From Mobula hypostoma (taxonomy: Eukaryota), in contig NC_086108.1 of assembly GCF_963921235.1 (NCBI RefSeq), positions 2,666,001-2,730,000 of the forward strand: a stretch of 64,000 nucleotides of DNA, in the 5' to 3' direction. The notes beneath the pieces are model-generated. The model searched no databases. It was not told where the DNA came from and saw only the letters and a program-made list of their open reading frames with translations. Every line of letters starts with the position of its first letter. The stretch's first letter is position 1. The translations under genes were made by a program, and so were the position numbers. Of this stretch, positions 36,377 through 47,447 are shown piece after piece.

Positions 36377-36837
36377 CATTCCAGTGCCAACGTAGCAATC
36401 CCACAATGCTCGACAGAACAACAGAGAACACACCAAGCAATGAAACAACCGTTCTTTCCTCCCATCCACATACATACGCAGTCCTTTAACCCCGAGGCAG
36501 GCCTCAGGCCTCTAGTGGACACAGATTCTGGCCTGAAGACACCAAGCTTTAACCTCCCCAGTGTTCCTGCAGAGACTGGCAGTCTTGGCTCTGGCCAACA
36601 GGCCTCGACTTCCTGGCATTGACCCGTGCTCCTTGATCCTCAGCATTGATCCCAGGACACACTGATCACTGAACTCTAGGCCTCAAACTCTGGTCTCACT
36701 GATTGATGCAACCAGGGAGTTGTTGGAACTCATCCTCTCTGCTTGCAGGGAACTCCGACTCCAGAACAGACCAGTAACTTGTTCATCTGTGGGGCCCTTT
36801 TGCCTCTCCCTGCTGCCGGTCTGACACTCAAGCAAGG

Positions 36838-37287
36838 ATAGAAACATAGAAAATAGGTGCAGGAGTAGGCCATTCGGCCCTTCGAGCCTGCACCACCATT
36901 TATTATGATCATGGCTGATCATCCAACTCAGAACCCCGCCCCAGCCTTCCCTCCATACCCCCTGACCCCTGTAGCCGCAAGGGCCATATCTAACTCCCTC
37001 TTAAATATAGCCAATGAACTGGCCTCAACAGTTTCCTGTGGCAAAGAATTCCACAGATTCACCACTCTCTGTGTGAAGAAGTTTTTCCTAATCTCGGTCC
37101 TAAAAGGCTTCCCCTCTATCCTCAAACTGTGACCCCTCGTTCTGGACTTCCCCAACATCGGGAACAATCTTCCTGCATCTAGCCTGTCCAATCCCTTTAG
37201 GATCTTATACGTTTCAATCAGATCCCCCCTCAATCTTCTAAATTCCAACGAGTACAAGCCCAGTTCATCCAGTCTTTCTTCATATGA
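36838..37287 (-). mobile_element. Young 5'-truncated CR1 copy
   Basis: Nearly identical to 45178-45619; atagaaacatagaa tail; possible TSD aaggat. Confidence 0.93.
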
Positions 37288-38889
37288 CTTCATAAGGATG
37301 TCTCACGTCTGCGTCATTGGTCTTCAAATACGGAGCAGAGACTTGTACTCCGGTCTGACCTCTAATTCCCTCACATCCTGGTCTCCAAGCCCTAACCTGA
37401 CCCCCAACACCCTCTCTGTTTCCCCTCCCTCCACAAAAAAATTAAACAATTAAAAGTCAAATAAATCTGAGCTGTGACTTAGCAGAGGTCAAAGGTCAGT
37501 GCCATCTTGGAATTTTTGGTCTGAGAGCTGTTGTGAGACCAGCCTGGTCCAGATTAGGATTTTTGCCATGGACAGATAGGGGTTGATGCTGGTTTAACAT
37601 CTGAAGACTGGGATTTATGTTCAAAACTTCCTGATTGAAAAGGCAAACTGAAGCAGTTAAATGGCCTGGAATTTTTTTTTAAAGTTTAATTTGTAATGGT
37701 GAATGTGAAACTACCCAATTATCACCAGACCCTGCTACAGAGGGAAATATCCCATCTTACCCAGTGACTTCAACCCTACTCCCCCGCCCCCCCCGAGATA
37801 ACTACAACTTAACTGCCTTCTGAATAACTGCCAGTTTACTCAGTGAGTTGCCCCCACCCCTCACCCACGGGCTTTCTGGAGTCCTGATCCTGGAGATCAG
37901 TTCAAACTCTACATAGTTGGCTTGCTCCCTATCTATTTCTAACACCACAATTGAATTATTTTCTAGTGACTCATCATCATCATCATCATTATGTGCCATG
38001 TCCTCTGATGTGGCCAGTCATGGTCTTTCCATCACCATGATAGTCCTTGGCAAATTTTTCTGCAGAAGTGATTTGCCATTGCCTTCCTGCCAAAGGGTCT
38101 TGATTCAAAACGGTAACTGTACTCTTTTCCATAGATGCTGCCTGGCTGCTGAGTTCCTCCAATATTTTGTGTGTGTTGCTCAGATTTCCAGCATCTGCAG
38201 GTTGTCTTCTGTTTACCATTGCCACCTTCTGGACAGTGTCTTTACTAGAAAGGTGATCCCAGCCATTATCAATACTCTTCAGAGAGCATCTGTCTGGTGT
38301 CAGTGGTCAGATAACCAGGACTTGTGATAGTTATTGATTGATAGATAGACATACCGCACAGAACCGGCCCTTCTGGCCCTTTGAGCCAGCAATTCCCCAG
38401 TTTAACCCTAGCCTGGTCACGGGACAATTTACAATGACCAATTAACCTACCATCCAGTACGCCTGTGGACTGTGGGAGGACACTGGAACACCCAGAGGAA
38501 ACCCACGCCGTCAGGGGAGAACGTGCAAACTCACTGCTTATACAACCTGCACCACCAGATCCTATGACTTTGATCGGGGGGAGGGTCTAAGCAGGTGCTA
38601 CACCTTGCCCAAGAGTGACCTGCAGGCTGGTTGAAGAAAGGAGTGCCTTTGGTAGAGACGTGTCTCCACCCTGCCACCTGGTCTGGTTCCTCCCAGAGCA
38701 AAACCACAGGCCTTGTGTTGAGCAACAGACTTCCTTGAGTGATGCTGGCTTTTGGCCCGAGGCTGTGTGCCTCACTGGGCTTGCCACATTGATCTGTGTG
38801 GCTTATTTCCTCAGCGATGACCTTCGCTAGCTCCACCTTCCCCCGGCATGAGTCAGTGTTCGGAGAGAGTAGTTAAAGAACACAGGCTC

Positions 38890-40620
38890 TCACGCACAAA
38901 ATGCTGGAGGAACTCAGCAGGTCAGGCAACATCCATGGAAATGAATAAACAGTTGACGTTTCGGCCTGAGACCCTTCTTTAGGAGTGGAGAGGAAGAGGG
39001 AAGATGCCAGAATAAAAAGGATGGGAAAAGGGGAAGGTGGTAGCTAGAAGGTGACGGGTGAAGCCAGGTGGGTGGGAAAGGTCAAGGATTGGAGAGGAAG
39101 GAATCTGATGGGAGAGGAGAGTGGACCATGGGAGAAAGGGAAGGGGGAGGTGATAGGCAGGTGAGAAGAGGTAAGAGGCCAGTGAGGAATAGAAGAGGAG
39201 GTGAGGGGGAAGAGGGGATTTTACCGGAAGGAGAAATTGATATTCATGCCATCAGGTTGGGGACTACCCAGGTGGAATATAAGGTGTCGCTCCTCCACCT
39301 TGACGGTGGCCTGATTTTAGTACAAGAGAAAGCCATGGACCAACAGCCTTCCTCTTTCCACAGCTAATTTCTTCACAAACCATTTTATTTTTGCTCTTCT
39401 GAACCACGAGGAGATCTGCAGATGCTGGAATTTCAGAGCAATACACACAAACGCTAGGGGAGCTCAGCAGGTCAGGAAGCATCTGAGGAAAAGAGTAAGC
39501 AGTCGATGTTTTGGGCTGAGACCCTTCATCAGGACTGGAAAGGAAGGGGAGGTCAGGGTAAGAAGGTGGAGGGAGGGGAGGAAGAAGTACAAGGTGGCAG
39601 GTGATAGGTGAAGCTGGGAGAGTGTGAGGGGGTGAAGAGCTGGGAAGTGGATTGGTGAAAGAGTTGAAGGGCTGGAGATGGGAATCTGACAGGAGAGGAC
39701 AGAAGACCATGGAAGAAAGGGAAGGGAGAGGAGCACCAGAGGGAGGTGATGGGTACGTAAGGAGATGAGGTGGGAGAGGGAAACAGAAATGGGGGATGGT
39801 GAAGGAGAGGGAGTGGGGCATTTACCATAAGTTCGAGAAATTGATGTTCATGCCATTAGGCTGGAGGCTACCCAGATGGAATATAAAGTGTTGCTCCTTC
39901 AAACTGAGTGTGGCCTCATCGGAACGGGAGAGGAGGCCATGGACTAACATGTCAGAATGGGAGTGGAAAGTGGAGGCCTCGGCCCTCAAATTTACTTAGT
40001 CCATTTCCGACACTGCCCTCTCCTTTCTCAATCTCTCTGTCCCCAAGACAGTCTATCTTTTATAAACGCACTGATCTCACAGCTACCTTGACTATACCTC
40101 TTCCCACCATGTCACTTTTCTCAGTTACTCTGTGTCTGCTGCATCTGCTCTCAGGGTGAGGCTTTTCATTCTAGACTGAAGGAGATGTCCTCCTTCTTCA
40201 AAGAAAGGGGCTTCCCTTCCACCGCCATCAGTGCTGCCCTCACCCGCATCTCTTCCATTTCGCGCACGTCTACCCTCACCCCATCTTCCCGCTGCCCCAC
40301 TGGGGATAGGTTTCCTTGTCCTCAGCTACCAACTCACTAGGCTACGTATCCAGCACATAATACTGCGCACTTCCGCAATCTCCAACAGGATCCCAGCACC
40401 AAGTACATTTTTCCCTCCCCCCCCACCCCACCCCACTTTCTGCTTTCCACAGGGATTGCTCCCCACACGACATCTCACAGCCCTCCCTGCTGATCTCCCT
40501 CCTGGTGCTCATCCTTGCAAGTGGAGCAAGTGCCACACCTGCCCCCACCCCACCTCCCTCATTCAGGGCCCTTCCGGGTGAGGCTGTCTGCGGGAAGACC
40601 GATCTCGGGGTTGTATTTCA
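38890..40620. mobile_element. Cluster of Penelope-like fragments: 38890-39345(-), 39405-39972(-), inverted partner 39975-40620(+)
   Basis: pLTR termini plus an RT remnant (ALKFT*SISDTALSFL..KEMSSFFKERGFP). Confidence 0.85.
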
Positions 40621-40839
40621 CTCCACTCTTTGGTGGAGCAGGTTTGAACAGCTATGTGGCCTAATTCTGGCCTCTGTACTGCACAGCACAGCACAGGACA
40701 GGTCCTTTGCTCTATACTGCTCCCCCTAGCAGTTCCTTGGGTGTATGGGTTCTTAATGAAAATGAGACATTTCATTGTATTTTTCAGTGTAAATGTGATG
40801 AATAAATCTGAAATCTGATCCCTACCACATACTGAAAGG

Positions 40840-41502
40840 CACGAATAGAATGGATATGGAGAGGATGTTCTCATCATGGGGGAGTCTAGGATCTGAGGGC
40901 ACAGACTCAGAATAAAGGGATGTCCCTTTAGAACTTGGGAACTGACCAAGAACAGTCCCAAGATTATCTAGAAGCCCTGCACATACATTGGTGAGGCCTC
41001 ACTTGGAGTACTGTTGACAGTTTTTGAGCCCTTGTTTAAGAAAGGATGTGCTGACATTGGAGAGGGTTCAAAGGAGGTTCACAAAAATGATTCTGGGATT
41101 GAAAGTCTTGTCATATGAGGAGTGTTTGATGGTTCTGGGCCTTTGCTCATTGGAATTTAGAAGAATGAGGGCGGATCTCATTGAAATCTATTGAAAGTTG
41201 AAATGCCTAGACAGAGGGGATGTGGGGAGGATTTTTTCCTACAAGAAGGGAGTCTAAGACCAGAGGGCACAATCTCAGAAATGAGGGGTGTTCTTTTAGA
41301 ATGGGGATGAGTCATGAATCTGTGAAATTAAGTTGCCACAAGTGACTGTAGAGGTAAAGTCAATGGGTGCATTTAAGGCAGAGGTTGATAGGTTTATGAC
41401 TGGTTATAGGGAGAATGGAATAGGGAAAAATGAGCCACGATTGACAGGTGGAGTAGACTTGATGGGCTAAATGGCCTATTTCTGCTCCTTAATCTTATGG
41501 TC
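40840..41502 (+). mobile_element. Decayed CR1 3' fragments
   Basis: gtgaggcctcacttggagtac, gaggttcacaaaaatgattc, ggcctatttctgctcct..tcttatggtc. Confidence 0.85.
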
Positions 41503-41589
41503 GTACACCTTCTCAGGGGCTTGGCTAGGCAGTGTTGGATTGGAATAAGGGTAATGATTTTTTTCCCATTTTAAATTTACAAGGATCCG

Positions 41590-42314
41590 GCAGGCGGCAC
41601 AGTATGGCCAGCAGTGGCCTTTTGGATCTGTGCTAATTTAATTTTAAGGCACAATTAGGGTTTAGGGCAATGGATAACAGAGCGACTATCTACCATCGCC
41701 AGATACTGCTACAATACACAGATCGCCCAAAAACAAACCTTCATGAAGATCTGCTGGTTAAATTGCGCGACCTCGGCTCGCTGAGGGTATCGGGCCCACA
41801 GTCCTCGGAGTCGCCTGATGCCGGTGGCCGGAGGTGGGGAGGTCGTAAGCGGAGTGCGAGGAAGCGGAAGCGAAACGAGCGGGCAGGAGTCCGTGTCAGG
41901 AAAAAAGCAAGCCCTAGCCTGCCAGCTCTCCCGTCCATTCTGCTCTCCAATGGACATTAAATTGGACTGCATCCGATTCCGGCGAAATACTCGGCGGGAA
42001 TACAGAAACGGACGTGATCCCGGACACCGCCATTCAGCTGTTTATTTCTGTAACAGTTTTTCCCCCCAAGCCATCGGACTACCAACCTACTGCCCTCCGC
42101 TGTGCCTGTTGTCTTGTTTATCATTTATCGTAATGCCTGCACTGTTCGATGTGCTTCATGCAGTCCCAGATAGGTCTGTAGTTCAGTGTAGTTTTTGTAT
42201 TGTTTCATGTAGCACCATGGTCCTGAAAAACGTTCTCTCGTTTTTACTGTGTACGTTACCAGCAGTTATGGTCGAACGACAAAAAAAAGTGACTTGACCT
42301 GACTTGAGACTTGA
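41590..42314 (+). mobile_element. Internally deleted Rex/Babar-type LINE (5' ORF start fused to 3' end)
   Basis: YHRQILL..RKRKRNERAGVRVR..LPSILLSN..IKLDCIR, then FCNSFSPQAI and a (gactt)n tail. Confidence 0.65.
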
Positions 42315-43050
42315 GTTATCGGGAAAGGTTGAAGAGGTTTGGACTTTAGATTAGATTAGATTAGATTCAACTTTATTGTCATTGTGCCGAGTACAGATAC
42401 AAAGCATTTAGCATCTGACCAGAAATGCAAAGAATAGTGTTATTTACAAAATAACTGCGAATAAAAAAAGTGCTACAGCACACAAATATAAAAGTACTGA
42501 GACAGTACATTATGGGTGCAATACTGCTTAGCGCTGTGATGAGAGGTTCAGCAGGGTTTACAGCCTCAGGGAAGAAGCTCTTCCTGTGCCTGCTGGTGCG
42601 TATTCCCTGGACCATAGGTGAAAGAGAGGAGATTTGATGGAGGTGTGCAAAATTATGAGGGTATAAATACAGTAAATGCAAGCGTGCTTTTTCCACTGAG
42701 GTTGGGTGAGACTACAACCAGAGGTCATAGGTTAAGGGTGAAAGGTGAAAAATTTAAGGGGAGCATGAGGGGGAGCTTCTTTGCTGAGAGGGTGGTTAGA
42801 GTGTGGGACACACTACCAGCGCAAGTGATGGACGTAGGTTCAATTTCAACCCTTAAGATAAGTTTGGATAGGTACATGAATGAAAGAGGTATGGATGGCT
42901 GTGGTCCTGTTGTGGGCCGATGTGACTAGGAAGAAATTTGGATAGGTACATGGGTGGGAGGGGTACGGGGGGCTATGATTCAGGTGTGGGTCAGGGCTAA
43001 ATCATGGTTTAGATGGGCTGAAGGTCCTGCATTTGTGCTGTAGTGGTACG
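42315..43050 (+). mobile_element. CR1 3' fragment interrupted by a minus-strand Rex/Babar tail (42349-42600)
   Basis: CR1 ggacttta|...|tattccctgg is split by a (gatta)n-tailed insert encoding RTSRHRKSFFPEAV. Confidence 0.8.
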
Positions 43051-43128
43051 TGACACGAGGATTAACCATTCACCTGGCCAACTATTTTCAAATGTGCTAA
43101 TAATACCTCATTCCACCTCTCCCCACAG

Positions 43129-43412
43129 GGTACGAAGGTGTTCCTGAATTCTTCAACGCCCTGTTGGACCACGTTGAAACACTGCTACGTGAACAGGAAA
43201 GGAATCTCGATGGAGCCATCGCCGACATCAGTCAACCAGTCCTTCCCAACTGGTTGCAAAGCCCCCAGGAGAAGGACTCAGCCCCCAGTAACCTCAGGAA
43301 AGAGCCGTGGATGGCAGAGGAAGCTCTTGTAGGGAAGTGGCCCATGGACTCTGCCTGTTTCCAGGAATTGGTCACTCAGTCACCCATCCATTGCCAGTCC
43401 AGCTGTGAGTAG
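43129..43412 (+). CDS. ITPK1: ITPK1-like terminal coding exon: GYEGVPEFFNALLDHVETLL...SPIHCQSSCE*
   Basis: Acceptor cctctccccacag. Completes FPG|YEGV. Stop TAG at 43410-43412. Confidence 0.94.
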
Positions 43413-43559
43413 TTCAACCCTCCCAAAGGGTCCGTCATGGAACTGATTGAGAACTTGAGATATTATTAGAAGTTTTATTATATTTGCCTTGAGATTAATG
43501 TTATGGAGAGTTTAATTGCTTTGTATGTTCAACATATTATTGTAGATTAACTTCTTATT

Positions 43560-43565
43560 AATAAA
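43560..43565 (+). terminator. Candidate polyadenylation signal AATAAA of the ITPK1-like gene
   Basis: First AATAAA about 150 nt after the stop codon, in AT-rich sequence. Other AATAAA hexamers follow. Confidence 0.4.
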
Positions 43566-44855
43566 ATATATTTCAGATATCTCTTGAGTTGTGATATTAA
43601 ACATAGAATAATCTGTCAATTTATTCTGTTTGTTCAGAATCACCTGTATTATCACTGAAATATGTTGTGAAATTTGTTTTGGGGCAGCAGTACAGTGCAA
43701 CTCATTAAAAATGCCACAAGTTACAATAAAAAAAGTAAAAAATAAGAAGTATTGCAATAAGAGCATAATCTGAGAGCAAAAACTATTCAAGGAGACTCTA
43801 TAAATTGTGATATGGTGTTTTAATAAAATTCTGTACCCCCCCCCCACCATTCTTCTAAACTGCAGCACAGAGCCAGAGCCATCGAACAACATATTAAATT
43901 GAATTCCAAAAGGTTTACAATCCCTCTCCTCCCGTGGATGCTGCTGAGTTCTTCCAGACCCTTTCCAACCCTCTGAGATGGAAAATATTTCTCCTCTACT
44001 TTCATTTTGTTATTTCCAGAAGTACAATCAAATATGCAAATGTGTTTTGATTTGGAAATGAGTACTGATTATTGCACTGACTTTAGTGAGTTCTACAGTG
44101 CATCTGGGACTAAGCAGACTTGCACATATTGATATTGTTTTGTAATGATGGCTTGAATTTCTGCGGCTCCGCTGTTCCAATGGTTTTACATGGGCCTCTG
44201 TATTGCAGAGGGGTCCCGGAACAGCAGTTTATATGTGAGCGTTATGTAATGTATGGATGCTCTATGTAGTTGTACAGACTCGGCAAATTGGCAATGAGTA
44301 CAAACCTAAATGTCAGCGAATATCACCAACTGCACCAACAGTTACAAGATGACAGACTTCAGAGGAAGGAAGAGAGGACAGTGTGAACTGAACCGATATG
44401 GAGAAGGTGGTCACAGACACGAAAGGACATGTGAGTAACAGTGAGAGCAAAGCTAAAGAGAAAATAACATGATAATGGCCTCACTCAGGTAAGTTAATGA
44501 ATTTGATAATGCTGTTGAGGACTGGGAATCGTATATTGAGAGGGTTGAACTGTATTGTAATGCTAATAAGCATGGATGAGGTAAAGAAAGTCTGCACACC
44601 TCTTACCTGAATGGGTACTCGAAAGCACAGTCTCTTAACTTAGTAACTCCTGAAAAGCCAGCAAGCAAGACATTCAATGAAATTGTTGCAATTTTGCAAA
44701 ACTCACCTGAGCCCAAAACAGCTTGTAATAGCTGAGAGGTTTAGATTTCACCAAAGGAATCAGTCAAAGGATGAAAGCATTTCCGAATATATTGCAGAAC
44801 TGCACAAACTTTCCCAATACTGTGACTTCAACGATGACTTTCTGATGCATTAAGG

Positions 44856-45075
44856 CAGTGGTCCCCAACCTCTGGACAACGGACAGATACTGGGCCACAA
44901 AGCATGCAGCGGTGCAGCGGAAGCCGGGACACACCCAGCACATCTTTAAGAAAAAAGCCAAAATAAACAAGCTGATTAATTAGGTGCCGCCCGGCACATA
45001 AATGTCAGCCCAGATCAGAGGCGATTGCTGATTTCACTTGCTCTAATCACCTCTGATCTGGGCCGACATTTACCA
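44856..45075. mobile_element. Truncated hAT-like MITE with internal hairpin, inside the Gypsy element
   Basis: Left TIR cagtggtccccaacc; inverted repeat aaatgtcagcccagatcagaggcgatt / aatcacctctgatctgggccgacattt. Right end missing. Confidence 0.6.
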
Positions 45076-45177
45076 GTGCCTTATACCCTATATCCTAAAG
45101 TGGATGCTGAAGTTCAGAACTTGGAGGCATCTGGCATTCTCTTCAAGGTTGAATGGAGCGATTGGGCCACACCCATT

Positions 45178-47062
45178 ATAGAAAATAGGTGCAGGAGTAG
45201 GCCATTCGGCCCTTCGAGCCTGCACCGCCATTTATTATGATCGTGGCTGATCATCCAACTCAGAACCCCACCCCAGCCTTCCCTCCATACCCCCTGATCC
45301 CCGTAGCCACAAGGGCCATATCTAACTCCCTCTTAAATATAGCCAATGAACTGGCCTCAACTGTTTCCTGTGGCAGAGAATTCCACAGATTCGCCACTCT
45401 CTGTGTGAAGAAGTCTTTCCTAATCTCAGTCCTAAAAGGCTTCCCCTCTATCCTCAAACTGTGGCCCCTCGTTCTGGACTTCTCCAACATCGGGAACAAT
45501 CTTCCTGCATCTAGCCTGTTCAATCCCTTTAGGATCTTATACGTTTCAATCAGATCCCCCCTCAATCTTCTAAATTCCAACGAGTACAAGCCCAGTTCAT
45601 CCAGTCTTTCTTCATATGAAAGTCCTGCCATCCCAGGAATCAATCTGGTGAACCTTCTTTGTACTCCCTCTATGGCAAGGATGTCTTTCCTCAGATTAGG
45701 GGACCAAAACTGCACACAATACTCCAGGTGTGGTCTCACCAAGGCCTTGTACAACTGCAGTAGTACCTCCCTGCTCCTGTACTCGAATCCTCTTGCTATA
45801 AATGCCAGCATACCATTCGCCTTTTTCACCGCTGGCTGTACCTGCATGCCCACTTTCAATGACTGGTGTATAACGACACCCAGGTCTCGTTGCACCTCCC
45901 CTTTTCCTAATCGGCCACCATTCAGATAATAATCTGTTTTCCTATTTTTGCCACCAAAGTGGATAACTTCACATTTATCCACATTAAATTGCATCTGCCA
46001 TGAATTTGCCCACTCACCCAACCTATCCAAGTCACCCTGCATCCTCTTAGCATCCTCCTCACAGCTAACACTGCCACCCAGCTTCGTATCATCCGCAAAC
46101 TTGGAGATGCTGCATTTAATTCCTTCATCCAAGTCATTAATATATATTGTAAACAACTGGGTCCCAGCACTGAGCCTTGCGGTACCCCACTAGTCACCGC
46201 CTGCCATTCTGAAAAGGTCCCGTTTATTCCCACTCTTTGCTTCCTGTCTGCTAACCAATTCTCCACCCACACCAATACCTTACCCCCAATACCGTGTGCT
46301 TTAAGTTTGCACACTAATCTCCTGTATGGGACCTTGTCAAAAGCCTTTTGAAAATCCAAATATACCACATCCACTGGTTCTCCCCTATCCACTCTACTAG
46401 TTACATCCTCAAAAATTCTATGAGATTCGTCAGACATGATTTTCCTTTCACAAATCCATGCTGACTTTGTCCGATCATTTCACCGCTTTCCAAATGTGCT
46501 GTTATCACATCCTTGATAACTGACTCCAGCAGTTTCCCCACCACCGACGTTAGGCTAACCGGTCTATAATTCCACGGTTTCTCTCTCCCTCCTTTTTTAA
46601 AAAGTGGAGTTACATTAGCCACCCTCCAATCCTCAGGAACTAGTCCAGAATCTAACGAGTTTTGAAAAATTATCACTAATGCATCCACTATTTCTTGGGC
46701 CACTTCCTTAAGCACTCTAGGATGCAGACCATCTGGCCCTGAGGATTTATCTGCCTTCAATCCCTTCAACTTACCTAACACCACTTCCCTACTAACGTGT
46801 ATTTCGCTCAGTTCCTCCATCTCATTGGACCCTCTGTCCCCGACTATTTCTGGAAGATTATTTATGTCCTCCTTAGTGAAGACAGAACTAAAGTAATTAT
46901 TCAATTGGTCTGCCATGTCCTTGCTCCCCATAATCAATTCACCCGTTTCTGTCTGCAGGGGACCTACATTTGTCTTTACCAGTCTTTTCCTTTTTACATA
47001 TCTATAAAAGCTTTTACAGTCCGTTTTTATGTTTCCTGCCAGTTTTCTCTCATAACCTTTTT
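45178..47062 (-). mobile_element. Young CR1 LINE (1.9 kb, 5'-truncated); RT ORF broken by two frameshifts
   Basis: Overlapping ORFs 46401-47129, 45922-46437 and 45260-46156 reconstruct GPDGLHP, NYRPVSLTS, QHGF, DFQKAFD, GVPQGSVLGP, FADDTK and the C-terminus. Confidence 0.97.
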
Positions 47063-47090
47063 TCCCAGTCATCAAGAAAGGGAAGGCCAG

Positions 47091-47447
47091 CACAAGGAAA
47101 TCTGCAGATGCTGGAATTTCAAGCAACACACATCAAAGTTGCTGGTGAACGCAGCAGGCCAGGCAGCATCTCTAGGAAGAGGTACAGTTGACATTTCGGG
47201 CCAAGACCCTTCGTCAGGACTAACCGAAAGAAGAGCTAGTAAGAGATTTGAAAGTGGGAGGGGGAGGGGAAGATCTGAAATGATAGGAGAAGACAGGAGG
47301 GGGAGGGATGGAGCCAAGAGCTGGACAGGTGATTGGCAAGGGGGATATGAGAGGATCATGGGACAGGAGGCCCAGGGAGAAGGAAAAGTGGGAGGAGGGA
47401 AGCCCAGAGGATGGGCAAGGGGTATAGTCAGAGAGACAGAGGGAGAG
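47091..47447 (-). mobile_element. Penelope-like pLTR fragment inserted in Gypsy RT
   Basis: Inverted near-copy of 29195-29545. Confidence 0.88.
47185..47221 (-). ncRNA. Minimal type I hammerhead-ribozyme motif, best-preserved copy
   Basis: Minus strand agtc-CTGACGA-a-ggg tcttgg ccc-GAAA-tGTC-aactg. Confidence 0.6.

Noticed and set aside
44245..44288. 5' LTR of the Gypsy element
   Set aside because: Starts with TG and precedes the PBS-like site, but I found no matching 3' copy near 49900.
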